Shown here: in pieces, positions 33,770 to 47,600 of the stretch
How the letters are laid out: every line of letters begins with the position of its first letter
Position numbering within the stretch: the first letter of the stretch is position 1
From: Lytechinus pictus
Taxonomy: Eukaryota
DNA length: 64,000 nt
Assembly: GCF_037042905.1 (NCBI RefSeq)
Contig: NC_087246.1
Span: 19,034,001 to 19,098,000 of the forward strand
Direction: 5' to 3'
The notes under the pieces: generated by a model
Databases searched by the model: none
Told to the model about the DNA's origin: nothing
Seen by the model: the letters and a program-made list of their open reading frames with translations, nothing else
Program-made: the position numbers and the translations under genes

Positions 33770-34425
33770 ATATAGCAGAGCGAGACTATAGGCGCCAATT
33801 TTCCGGAAGCGGCGTCAACATCAAATCTTAACCGAAGGTTAAGTTTTTGAAATGACATTATAACCTAGAAATTATATAGATCTAGCTCATGAAACTGGGA
33901 CATAAATATAATCAAGTATTACTAAAGATCCTGCCTAAGTTTCAGGTCACATGATCAAGGTCAAAGGTCATTTAGGATCAATGAACTTTGACCAAGTTGG
34001 GGTATTTGTTGAATTACCAATATAACTTTAAAAGTTTATGGACCTAGTTCATAAAACTTTGACATACGAGTAATCAAGCATCACTGAACATCCTTTGCGA
34101 GTTTTAGATCACATGACGAAGGTCAAAGGTCATTTAAGGTCAATGAACTTTGACCGTGTTGGGGGTAATTGTTGAATTGCTATCATAACTTTGAAAGTTT
34201 ATGGATATAGTTTATGAAATATCTAGGGGTAATCAATTCACACTTACAAGTCTTAGGTCATGATCAAGGAAAAAGGTCATTTAGGGTCAATGAACGTAGT
34301 ATTATATCATTGTGTGAATGTTTTCTTTTTGTGAATACTTATTTTATAGTAGTTTTCAAAGCCGGCACTGACGCTATATTGAATTGCGTAATGCAGGCGA
34401 GACTGCCAGATGCGCTCCACTTGTT
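33770..34425 (+). mobile_element. Helentron-associated (HINE-like) repeat with ~180-bp internal tandem units
   Basis: Repeated AAGGTCAAAGGTCA units, GCGAGACT near both ends, ends in CTTGTT; related pieces at 46450-46620 and 51700-52138. Confidence 0.55.
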
Positions 34426-35596
34426 GTAACCTATATTGATGACTATTGAACATAGTGTAAGAGCTTCTTGAAAGGAAACATATATTTGGGTGAAATAAAT
34501 TATGTTGATTTATGAAAAATGAACAAACGTGTATTTAGTCCCTTTTGCAAAACTCTTCATATATAGGAACAGAAGCTTTCGGTATTATATAAGCCTACTT
34601 ACCCTTACAATGTTACAGGAGTCGATCTACAAATCATCCTTGATCATAACATGGACATATGAAGAGATGGACGATTAACGCGAGCATTTCTTTGGTCCAA
34701 TGATAGTCACCGTCGCCTGGTTATGTGCATCTTAATGAGAACATACAGGTGTTGTAACAATAGCAATTACCAGTCCATGACTACCAAGGCGTATCTGATC
34801 ACCCACAGACGGAACAGTTTCCCGGTCTTGATTTTTGTTGGCTGATACCCTGTTTCAGCATGTGCCTTCCAGTCAACATGCTTCATATTTGGAGCAGCAA
34901 ACTTGAGAAGCAGACGATTTATATGATATAAAATATGATATTATTCGATCCGCTAACTACCGCTCACACATAAGGACATCAATAACATTGAGAGATACGC
35001 TATCTATACATGTTATGTACCACGTATATCTGGAATATTATGGAGAAACCTGGGAAAATCAAATATTAAATGGTAAACAATCAATCACAATATTGCCTCT
35101 ATATTAAAATATGCAGACATTTCCCCAAATAAAACACATGGAACTAATTAGATTACCAAAGGTAAACAAAAACTGCACATCGATTTTTCATGATTTAAGT
35201 GATTTGTTATCAATTGCACATATTATTTGTGAAATATGTCCAGTCACGAACTGCTTCTGTCCCTTCTCACGGTGACGATCATAGGTCCAAAGAAGACTAG
35301 AATGAAAATAATGTTATTCAGACATGTACAGTCACCTGTTAGTGAATTCATTATCTAAGCGATGAATGTCCATCCCTTCATAGGTCCATGATCATAATTA
35401 CCGTTGTTATACATTTCTCAGCTGGTACGAGTCGAACAAACGTGCAAATCCGATGTTAATCGTCCATTTTAACTTCCTTTGTGCCCGATAATGTCTTAAA
35501 TTTAGTGTTGGAACTAGACACATGCAGCTAGACCATCTGACTCGGGCCTGTTGTTGTAAAAAACGCAGACTACTGGTAGATTACTGTGGTTATCAG

Positions 35597-36778
35597 CAGT
35601 GGCGTACCGTGGGTCACGGCATTGGGGGGGGGGGGCACGAGCAAAAATTTTGAGTCACTTAGTGAGCGCAGCGCGCCCAGTTGCCAGGTATACTGACCTA
35701 ATAGAGACATTTTAAGGACAGTGCCATTAAACGGATATGTATCTCACTGGTCAAATAATGCGAGCGCGAAGCGCGAGCTTAAAATTTTTGATATTCAGAC
35801 CTAAAAAAGGACATTATAAAATTCTTTTGTAATCATGATACGTACCTGTCTCGCTAAATAATGCGAGCGCGAAGCGCGAGCTGAAATTTTTGTAAATATT
35901 GACCCCAAACAGGAAGATTTTAAGGACTATATTTTAGGAATCCGTTAAGAGTATACACATCTCACCATAGTCATCTAATGCGAGTGCCAATAGCGCTTGC
36001 TGATTTTGTTAGAATTACATCTAAACATATGCACATAAAGCACTTGTAATCATGATTAACATACCCATCTCACTAATCAAATCTTGCGAGCGCGAAGCGC
36101 GAGCTGAAAATTTAGGAAATTCAGACATGAAGAGGGGCATTTTAAGGCTTGTTTGTAGGAATTCACGAAGACAATACGTAGTTCACTAACCAAACGGTGC
36201 GAGCGCGAAGCGCGAGGTGAAAATTTTTGATATTCAGATCAGAAAAAGGAACATTTTAAGGACTGATTCTAGGAATTCATTGAGAGCAGACATATTTCAC
36301 CAATCCGCTACTGCTAACGTAAGCACGGACAGGAAATGTTTTATATTAAGACCTTAAAATGGGGCAATCACTTTAGTCATGAAAAAGAAGCATACTATTG
36401 TACATAAAACAATAACTCGAAGTGCGAGGAAATATATTTGGCAGTTTGGTATATATTGACTTGAAAACGGAAGGTTTAGTTTTTATCAGGGTTATATATC
36501 TCGGTAAACAGACAATGCGAGCATCAGGAGCAATGAAAACATAGGCCCTGAGCAAATTATGTTTCATTAAGTTATGAAAAATGTTTCTTATGTAATATAA
36601 CATAACATATTATTATGAAATAATATAACATTATAATGAACAATAATGTCTTTATTCCCACTACGTTTCTCTTCCTTTCTCCCTCTTTTTCTCCTTTTCC
36701 CCGTTTTTTTTTTTTTTTTTTTGTCAGCCGATTGGGGGGGCACGTGCCCCCCCATGCCCCCCCGTAGTTACGCCACTG
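35597..36778. mobile_element. MITE family A copy
   Basis: CAGTGGCGTA TIRs; perfect TSD GTTATCAG. Confidence 0.92.
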
Positions 36779-37032
36779 GTTATCAGTATTATTTGTTAAG
36801 AGGATTCGTCATGATTGTCTATAGAGTTGATGAATGACTTGGTTAAACTTAAACGAAACACAACTTGTTAAATGGGTTCTTGTGTGCAATAGTATGTAAA
36901 CGTTTTAGTTAGCCAGGATTACGACGTCGTAAAAATAAGGCTTATTGGGGTGGTGTGACTACTGATAGACAGTGGCGTAACAGGCGGGGGGGGGGGGGCA
37001 GGGCGGGCAAGCTGCCCCCCCTGGTGGAGCTC

Positions 37033-38764
37033 CACTGGCGTAAATCCGTGTTGAGGGGTGGGGGGGATGACTGAAATATTTTGGCATTTTTTTTGCAATC
37101 ATGTTTTTAGATATGCAAGGAATTGTAATTGATATGTCCACAGTGGCGTACCGTGGGTCACGGCATTGTGGGGGCACCAGCAAAATCTTTGAATCACTGA
37201 GTGAGCGCGCGAAGCGCGCTCAGTTGCTAGTTATTCTGACCTAATAGAGACATTTTAAGGACAATGTCATTGAACGGATATGTATCTCACTGATCAAATT
37301 ATGCGAGCGCGAAGCGCGAGCTGAATTTTTTTAATATTCACACCTAAAAAGGGACATTATAATCAAATTTGCGTAATCATGATAGTTACCTGTCTCGCTA
37401 AACAATGCGAGCGCGAAGCGCGAGCTGAAATTTTCGTATATTTTGACCCCAAACAGCGAGATTTTAAGGAATATATTTTAGGAATCCATTAAGAGTATGC
37501 ATATCTCACCATAGTCATCTAATGCGAGTGCCAAGCGCTTGCTGATTTTAGTAGAATTACATCTGAACACATGAAACACTTTTTGTAGTCATTGCAATCA
37601 TGATTATCATACGCATCTCACTAATCAAATATTGCGAGCGTGAGCCGCGAGCAGAAAATTTAGATAAGTTAGATAATTCAGACCTGAAGTGGGGCATTCT
37701 AAGGTTTCTTTGTAGGAATTAACTTGGACCATACGTATTTCATTAACCAAATGATGCGAGTGCGAAGCGCGAGCTGAAAATTTTTGATATTCATATCAGA
37801 AAAAGGGACATTTTAAGGACTGATTTTAGGAATTCATGAAGAGCAGACATATCTCACCAATCCACTAATGCGAACGTAATCACGGACAGGAAATGTTTTT
37901 ATATATACGAAGACCTTAACATGGGGCAATCACTTTTTGAGTCATGTAAAAGAAGCATAGGCCTATGTCACTACATAAAACAATGATAACTCAAGTGCTA
38001 GGAAATATATTTGGTTTATATTGACTTGAAAACGGGATGTTTTAGTACAACAGGATTATCGTTGAACAGACAATGCGAGCACAAGGAACAATGAAGACGT
38101 AGGCCCTGGGCAAATTATGTTTCATAAAGTTATGATAAAAATGTTTCTTATGTAATGTAACATAACATAATTATAATATAATATAACATTATAATGAATA
38201 ATACTTTCTTCTTTCCCACTACGTTTCTTTTCCTTTCTCCCTCTTTTCTCTTTTTCCCCATTTCCCCGGGGTTTTTTTGGTCAGCCGATGGGGGGAGCAT
38301 GTGCCTCCCATGCCCCCCCCCCCCCCGTAGTTACGCCACTGTATGTCCATATGGCAAATACCCCTCCAATATTATTATTTTTTTTACCCCATGATGGTTT
38401 AATGGTTTTATTAGAGATTACATTAAAAAAATTTTGACATTCCATCTTAATCCCTTCCCAAAGACCCCAACATTGATGAATTGGAAGAAACGGGGGTTTC
38501 TCTTCAATGTTATGATAAGGACATAAGTATTTCGTTTGGAAATGGTGAACTGGCTCTTTATTTGCATTTTATGATTCAATAATATTGTTTTATTTGTTAA
38601 GCGGTATTTTAGGAAGAATTTTCACCAATAAAACAATTATCTCTTGTGATTTTTTTTTATTTCTTTCGTAAAAAGTGGGGGGGATGATTGTACAGGCCAT
38701 CCCCCCCTCCTCGAAAAGTGGGGGGGATATATCCCCCCCATCCCCCCCGGGATTTACGCCAGTG
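37033..38764. mobile_element. hAT-like element family C (middle element of nest)
   Basis: TIR CACTGGCGTAAATCC / GGATTTACGCCAGTG; perfect TSD TGGAGCTC. Confidence 0.92.
37141..38341. mobile_element. MITE family A copy (inner element of nest)
   Basis: CAGTGGCGTA TIRs; perfect TSD TATGTCCA. Confidence 0.92.
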
Positions 38765-40622
38765 TGGAGCTCACCGGGAAAATAACAAAAAAACGGGGGG
38801 AAAAAGGGGGGGAAGAAAGGGAAAGGGAAAGGAAAGAAAAAAGGGGAAAGGGAAAGGGAAAGGAAGAGGGAAAAGAAAACTAAGAAAAAACATAAAAAAG
38901 GAAAAAAAAAACAAGTGAGAAAGAACAATTCGCCCCGATATACAAATACATTAGCACGATTAGTAGGACAGGGAAATAAATTAAAGATGACAAAAAGGCA
39001 AACAAAAGCGGGAAATAAAGGCAGAATGGAATTAGCCAAAATCTAAATTGGAAAATAAAGAATAGGGACAAGATAACGTACACTACCGGGCTGCCGAGGA
39101 TTGAGATAACGAGCGGGAAGAAAAATGGATGGTATATAGCATAATGTCGTATGAAAGTCTATCATAAACTTGCTAAATCTCCAAAGGCTCTGTCCAAGAG
39201 TCAAGACCCCGTGCAGTGGGGGCTCATCATCTGTAACCTTTAATGGGTTCTATATAACGGGCCCCTATATGGACCCTTCCTGCATTAAGCTTTACGTTGA
39301 AGCACTGGCGTACCGGGGGGTGGTTCCACAGCCAAGGGGAAATAAAAGAAAATAAAGGAGGCAGCGAAATGAGATGAATGAAAAAAATATATGACATGAT
39401 ATGTGCTATAATGATGTAAAAATCTATCACATAATTAGAATTTCATTTTAACAGGCCATTTTTTTTTCTGGCTCGCTTCGCTCACTGGCGACTTTTTACA
39501 AATTTTCCCACATTTGCTATGCTGTGCCCCTCACAATATTTGGATGATTACGATACACAACTGCATTGAATTTATGTGTTGTGTTAAAGCTATATAAATA
39601 TACACGCAATTTGATTAAAATAAGTGGCCATCTGTAAGGTTTAAAATGGCTTTGATATCAAGAGGTTCCGGGGCTCTGCCCTGGACCCCACCCTAAAGCA
39701 CTGTTATATTGATGAGTTTGGACCATAGCCCCCAAAAGTTCTACAACCAAACAAAAAAAAAATGAGGAAAGAAAGGAAAGTGTATTATATTTTTCTGAAT
39801 ATCACGTTAAAATCTATCTTCATGTTAGATTCTCATGAAAAGGTGATTTTTTTAATCTCGCTCGCTTCGCTCGCTCGGGACCTATATTAAGCTACTTCTT
39901 GCCAGAAGCGCCATACTCGGACCCCTCGAGCAGATAGAGCTTCACCCTGATGCTCACAATCATAACAAAAATCCTGTTCACCGTGGCGTACAAAAAAGAG
40001 AGAAAAGAGGAAAGACAGGAGGGTGAATATGATATCATCTTTTTAACATTATGTCAAAATCTATCACAAAATTTGATTTTTGCAATAAAAATGTCAAAAT
40101 TTTTTGCTCGCTCGCTTATATATATATATATATTTGCCCGATACGCCATATCGCCCCCTCAAAATTTTTTGCCTTATGACGCCATTGCCTGTTCCATGAT
40201 ATGACCGGGAAATTTTTGGCTCTTACCCCCCCTGGCCACCGACCCCTGTTACGCCGCTGCTGATAGACATACACAACGCACCCCACATACACACACCCTC
40301 ATCCTCAGACGCACACACGCACAACAAAAACTCGAACAGCCATGGCTAACTAATATTGAGTGGTTAAAAAAAGATGAATTTTAGTGATGATGATTTCTGT
40401 TTGTTTTGATTTTAGTGTGTAAGAAATGTGAAATTAATGCTCGAATCAGGCAGAAAGTGTCAAAATTTGGGACATACAGGCGCGGACCCAGAGATAGACT
40501 TTTACGGTGGGGGGGGGGGGGGGGGCTGATGATGAAGAAAAACTGAAACTAGGCGAATTTTTTAAAATAAAGAATGGTAAGAATTAAGAAAACAGGAGGA
40601 AGATCTGAGGACAAACAGAAAT

Positions 40623-40653
<31 letters not shown>

Positions 40654-41542
40654 AATTATCATTTTGGCTTAGAAACGGGACAATCTAAGGTTATTTTGTC
40701 ATCACATGATCTTCCTATTCCTTTAATTCCTACGCGTGAGATATTCCTTTCTGAAAAAGGGAAATTTGATTATTGAAAATTCATGAAAATGTTATTACCT
40801 TATTCATTAGTATAATAACCCTAAATAAGAGCGCAAAATTTGTTGATATTAAGGTCTAAAAACTTGACACTATAAGCACTTTTGTAATTTTGAATAGCTG
40901 CATGGGTAATATATTTTTAACAATTAATGCGAGCGCAAATCGCGAGCCGAAATTTTTGATAAATCGTCAGGAAAATGGGATTTTAAGTAGTTTGTTATAG
41001 AATTACAATAGAGGTATACATTACTCACCAATAAAAATGCGAGCGCGCAGCGCTATAGCTAATTGGTTTTGACAATCAAACCTGAAAAGGGATATTTTGA
41101 GAAATTATGGAACACACGAAGAAAAAAGGGTACTTGTCAAATAAAATAATGCGAGATGTAACACAGGTAAAAAATTTGTCAAGCAAAAAAAAATAAATAA
41201 AAGTTATCAACCAAAATTTTAGGGGGGAACCACCAAAATGTTTTGACAAGCAAAAAAAAAAAAAAAAAGGTTATCAACAAAAAAATTAGGGATCAGGGGG
41301 CCGTTCCCCCAACTCAAATTTAGGGGGGGGGGACAGGACCCCCGTCCCCCCGCTTCCACTGCCTATTTATACGTCCCTGAAACATGAATATATTTTGATA
41401 GGAGATCGAAGATATCAATAAACATTTTCAAGTGAAATGTAATTACGACTTTTTTTCAGAAATTAGTAAAATAAAAATATTGTTGCGTTCTACTTCTACT
41501 TTTGGCTTGCCATAATATAAAAACTGATGCTCTTTTCGAAAA

Positions 41543-41677
41543 ATGGACACGTTGATTTGTCGAGAAACTTACGGATCTCGGTCGGATCCAAGGGATTATA
41601 TGTGTAATAATGATGGTAAAATATTGGAGTCACGATCTTCTAATAGAGGACTGTCATTTTTGCTCCACTTTTTTCGG
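41543..41677 (+). CDS. RUSF1: RUSF1 exon 1
   Basis: MDTLICRETYGS...LLHFFR, CGG|gtaaga. Confidence 0.8.
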
Positions 41678-44600
41678 GTAAGACTAAGAATCTGTTAACC
41701 AATTATTATTGATTTCCAATGGCAATGGTAGCCCCACCCGTGTTAATTTTTGTAATGTTAGTTCTTCAATTTTGCGGTAGATCACCGTAGATGTAGTCAG
41801 TGGACAGTGCACTCATTCAATGAACAAGGTTTTTATGATATAACCTTGTTCTCTGTTATATCTCCACGTGTGGCAAAATAAGGGTGGCAATGTTTGACTT
41901 ATTTTCTCTTTTTCTTTGGGACAAATGCTTGATTTTTTTACACTGACAGTTTCATCATTACAAATACAACTTTGCTCTTGACTTAAGACCGTAAATTTGA
42001 TTCTTTAAATTATTTTTTTCTTAATTAGAAATAGAGATTGAAAAATGAAAATTTTCTTGCCATATTACTTTCCACCAATAGAGGGCGTACACAAAAATAT
42101 GCCCAAAATTCAAGTTTTTGAGCGCTCTGGTGAATACAAAAATTATTCCCAAGTTACTAATGAAAAATAAATTGCAACTGTATGGAAATTAGTAATTTTG
42201 GTCACAAAAGTGATATTTTAATGATTTTTTAAAGAGTGTCTGTACAGCTTTGGCATACCATAGTCCTACCCACTCACACTAATACGAGGTTCGTATATAT
42301 ATGAACCTCATACACCGGACCGTGTTTGACCGTAGATTTCGAAGTAGTCGGCAAACATTGCTTCATTGCTGAAGTAATATTTGCCGAAACTCCTTCTCGC
42401 TACGCACCGGGGCTCTTTCCGGTAAGTAGCAATACATAACAAAATTATACATATGATATTTAACTCATTTCATTTAAAAAGAGCAAATTTCGCTTACCTC
42501 GGCCTAGCAAGTGACTTTGTTTGTCTCTTCTACGGAAATACAAGGAAGCCCGTTGGTGGCGCTAATAAATTTCACAACCTTGATTCAGCTCCTCGGTAAT
42601 TTTATAACTGTGTCTAAATTCTGTGAATGCGCAATTCTTATGATTAATTTACTAATTATGGGCACCAATAAATAAAATACCTTCAAAAACATAATTCAGG
42701 ATTACTATTGGCGATGATAACACTTTTGTTGCAATTAATTTAAAACGATGACTAATATAATTTTTTTTTTTTAAATACACATGCCTGGAACGAAACCAGC
42801 AGTACAAGCAGTATTAACGAACGTCACGGTATACCAAAGTCTATACAATGAAAAGATTGGATACTTCACGGACTTCGCGTAATGCCTTGCGTCGATTTGC
42901 GTGTAAAATAGTGTAGGTTCCTAATCTTTCCCTTGTCGTGTCTTTGATATGAATATAAATCGCGCGCCCTCTTTAGGCGAAAATTGATATCTACGCTGAC
43001 CAAATTTTATCTCCGTGAAATCTTCACTAAAGATCAAGAAAATATACATATTTTTAAGAAAAAACTTCAAGGAGAAGTCACGGAAGGATCTAAATGATTC
43101 GGTAAGTGTCATAGCAGAATGTGAAATACCAGATTATTGGTGATATTTTATGTGGGCAAAAGCCCACTATCTTTTTGACTTGTCGTGTGTGTCGCGTGCA
43201 TATGACTGATATTCCTTCGCACGCGAGATGATATGAACCCATGGGTGAGTCCTACCCACTCATTCAATGAACAAGGTTATGATACACTCACACTATTGCG
43301 AGGTTAGTATATGCTATACGAACCTTGCACAACCAACATGTTTTTGTAGTGGATTTTAGAGTTGTCGTTAACATCGCTTCATAACGTGAATGATGTTAGC
43401 CGAAACCCATTCCGCTACTCACCAGGGCTTTTTCTGGTAGAAAGCGTTCCATTATCAATTTTTAACATATTTTTTTAATTTAAAAAGGACACAAAAAAGA
43501 GCAAAATCGCTTACCTCCGCCTGGAAAGTGGCTTCGCACGTCTCTTCCACGGAAATAAAAGGAAGGTCGTTGGTGGCGCTAATACAGTTCGCAACTTTTA
43601 TTCAGCTTGGTGGTATTTTTTAAACTAGACTCATGATTCATTGTATGCGCAATTCCAATAATTGTTTGATAAAATAGAGACCCCAATAAATGCAATAACT
43701 TAAAAAACGTAGTTTTTTATTATTTTTGCTGACGATAATTAATACTTTTTGGAAAATATTCAAAACGATGACAATTAAAAAAAAAAATATAGAAAATTCT
43801 ATGTACCTTGAATAAAGCCCCGCAAGTGCTAGTGTTCGTTTGTCAATTAACGTTCAGCCAAAGTCTTTCCAGTAAAAAGATTGAACACTTTGCCGACTTC
43901 GCGTAACGCTTTGCATCGATTTACGTGTAAGATAATTTCTGTGTCTAGTCTTTCAATTGTAGTGTCTTTGATATGAAGATAAATCGCGCGCCCTCTTTCG
44001 CTCATTAGACGAAAAATTTGAGAGCTAGAAAGGTAGCTCTCGTATTTTGTCAACGAGAAGAAAAATCAACGCTTAAATGACGCATTTTGAGGGATATTCA
44101 TCAAATTATGAGGAATTGACTTCACATCGTTTCGTAAGTTTCGTAGGAGGACTTCATTCTATAAGTCCTCGTATTAATTTTTCGTAAATTAACGTTTTTG
44201 TTGAATGCGCCGTGCCTTCAATTATTCTGTAGTCGGCGGCTGAGATGTAGCCGTGGGTGGTTATGATATAACCTTGTTCTCAGTTATATCTCCATGTGTG
44301 GCAAAATGAGGGTGGCAATGTTTGGCTTATTTTCTCTTTTTTCTTTGGGACAAATGCTTGATTTTTTTACACTGACAGTTTCCATTGGCATTACACCTAT
44401 TCGTCATACAACTTGGCCCTTAAGTAAATTTGATTCTTTAAATTATTTTTTTCTTAATTGAAAATAGAGATAAAAAATGAAATTTTTCTTGCCATATTAC
44501 TTTCCACCAATAGAGGGCGTACACAAAAATATGCGCAAAATTCAAGTTTTTGAGCGCTCTGGTGAATACAAAAATTATTCCCAAGTGACTAATGAAAAAT

Positions 44601-47600
44601 GAATTGCAACTGTATGGAAATTAGTAATTTGGGTCACAAAAGTGATGTTTTAATGATTTTTGAAAGTGTGTGCTCTGTACAGCATTGGCATGCCATAGTC
44701 CTACCTGTAGATTCCCCACAGGCAGGATGGTTGCAGTGAGCCAGTGGGACAGTGGATTGTACAATTTGTATTACTGAACACTTCATAAACTCAATACGAT
44801 CATATCAAACGGAATATTTTCTTCAAATTCATCAAACTGCCACCATGAATACACAAATACATACAAATAACAACTTATCATGCTTATCAAGATTTAAAAT
44901 ATAACCAGTTAACATGTCATTGTTTGATGAATGATGATGAATATATTTTCTTAATTTCACCTGTTGGATCTGGTTCTTTTGGAATATCTTACTTTATTCT
45001 TCCCATTGCAGGTTGTGTTTCTCCCCCAAGGCTATCCAGACAGTGTGAGCAAAGACTACTTAGAATATCAGATCTGGGACACTGTACAGGTAACTCACTG
45101 TCGTGATTTTAACAAATTACCTCACAAATACACTTTATTTAGGAGGAACATACACCAAGAATGTTTTTTATTCAAAAATGAGCAATTACAATTGGTTTTT
45201 TGTTTTTTCTCAACATAAAGTATAATTAAGGAGATAACAATTGCAGTCAAACAATGATTTCTAATCATCAGAGTTGTTAATTTGAAAATAAGAAAAATGA
45301 TTGCAACTGCATGGACTCAGGAAGAAAATCCTCACATAATCCATTAATATTTTGTTATTTTAGCTTTTCTAAAATTGCTGTCACCTTAGTGGCTACAGCG
45401 CTGATTTATCAACAAGTCCATTTTCTCATTTTAAGCGTAAAGGTTATAAAAGACCATTAGACTCATTTAATTTCACTTGATTGAAGTTCATTTATTTTGA
45501 CACTCAAATACTATAAAGATAAATTGTATATGTTCAGCTTACATCAAAGTCTGACGATACATATTATTTTGTTTGTAACGTTAGGCTTTTAGTAGCAGTA
45601 TTACTGGGACTCTGTCAACCCATGCCATGCTGAAAGGTGTAGGAGTAGGTGACGAGACAGCTTCTGCTGCTGCTGCTACAATCACATGGCTACTAAGAGG
45701 TCAGTTTCCAATAGTGCTGGTCAATATTTGATTTCAATATTAATCGATTATAGCCTGCAAAATATTGCTGATATCACAATATATCACTGAGTTTGAAAAT
45801 TAACTGCAATCCTGTGAGAGTCGGGAAGGGAATATGAAACTATGAAAGTAAGGCTTTCATTAGTGATTTTCCATGATGAGCGGGCACTTGGGAACCAACT
45901 CACAAAGTTCTAAGTTGGTTTAAAGCAATACAGAGCAGCATTTTTGGTCAATAGGTAGTGATTAATTTGTCACAATCGAAAGTATTTTTGTCTTATCATG
46001 TTACTGCGATAAAACTACATAATCATAAAACTATAATTGAATATTCGATATTTTTTCAATATGGCATAAATTCAATAATATTGAAATATCGCCCAGCACT
46101 AGTTTGCAACTAGGAGTTTGGGAGGGGGCATAGATAATGAAGAGAGTCTAAGTTGGAGACTGCTTCTGCTGTTGCTGTTACAGTCACATGGCTACTAAGA
46201 GGTAAGGTTTGCAAATATTGTGAGCATGCTCTTGCTCTTTTGAATCCTATCACAATTGGTAATTAGACTAAAATAGTTTCTGAGATATTCAAGTTTGAAA
46301 AAATCAGTGATATGATTTATTTTTCACCATTCATTTTTTTTTCTATACAGATGGAACAAGTATGACTGGCAGAATTGCGTTTGCATGGTATCAAGGGTTA
46401 GTAACGTCTGTTTTACTTTTTTCTACACATCTTTTTGTCTTGCATGCATAGCTTAGAAAGTTTATGGACTAATATAAAAACTGAGACTTAGTAATATTCA
46501 AGTGTTAGTGATCATGTGGTATGAGTTTCAGGTTGCATGATCAAGGTCAAAGATCATTTAGGTTCAATGAAATTTGACCACATTGTGGCTTCAACATGAA
46601 AAAACTTAAAGGTTTAGATTTGGAATTCGGCCATCATCTTCCTCAATGGCAATTCATTGGTGAATGATGATGTTGACAACAGTTAGTTATTACCACCACT
46701 AGTAGTAGGAGTATTCTAATGCAGTGAGTTTGCAATAAATTCCAAACGTTGAATGTACATGTAACCCAGTTTGTTATTGAACTTCTGATTTGATTTACTT
46801 GTTCCAGTAGGCAACGGAATCGGCATGTACGTGGGTTATTTGACTTGGATTATTTCTCTTTGATATATGAACTGTCCTAGACCTTGTTTAATAAAAAATA
46901 GAAATAAAAGGAAAATATGACAATTTGCTGACAAAAGCTTCTAAAATGGCATTTTTAACTGGTTGAGAATAACTGTAACTTTTAAAATTCATATAAGGTT
47001 CTATGAAATGGGGTTCTGATAGAAATAATTGCTTATCTCTTGGGGGAAAAAAGTTATTCACTGTCCAATTTGTTATCCTTCACCATAGGTCAAGCCTGGA
47101 TAGTGATGCTAAGAGATGGAGGTAAGCTTATTCATTTTCATTTTTAGGGGGTATGTAGTAAAACAAAATACAGTTTCATATTTTCGATCAGAATTCAATT
47201 TTCACTATAAAATGAAATTTCCAGCAATCAGGTGAATTATTTATTGTAGAAAAATAGTGATATGGATCATTGGTATTTGATAAGCCATCCTCATCTGGAA
47301 ACCATCACTAGTCAATAGAACTAGTCTAAGTACCAGACATTAGCAAATTCACCTGTTAGCTAATTAAAGTAAAATTAGTCATGTAATAAATTTGATTGAG
47401 ACCCGTATCACCATTTTGTATTGGTGAATAATGTACAAAGTAAATAATCGTTTTGAACTTAAGATCTACTATCACCCTGTTTCTCTCCTTGCAGATTGTT
47501 TGCAGACATCATGAATGATGCAGCACTCTGTATAGAGCTCATTTCAGTATTCTTTCCGCAATACTTTGTCATCATTGCTTGCATGTCATCACTGTTCAAA

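Larger units (their letters stand above)
36970..40259. mobile_element. hAT-like element family B (outer element of nest)
   Basis: TIR CAGTGGCGTAACAGG / CCTGTTACGCCGCTG; perfect TSD CTGATAGA. Confidence 0.92.

Noticed and set aside
34598-34910. Possible additional minus-strand exon upstream of the protease
   Set aside because: A good donor is present but I found no convincing open frame or domain, and the protease already has a signal-peptide exon; could be non-coding.
35750-36240. Regularly spaced repeats resembling a CRISPR array
   Set aside because: Eukaryotic context, spacers are long and related to each other, no cas genes; internal repeats of a MITE.
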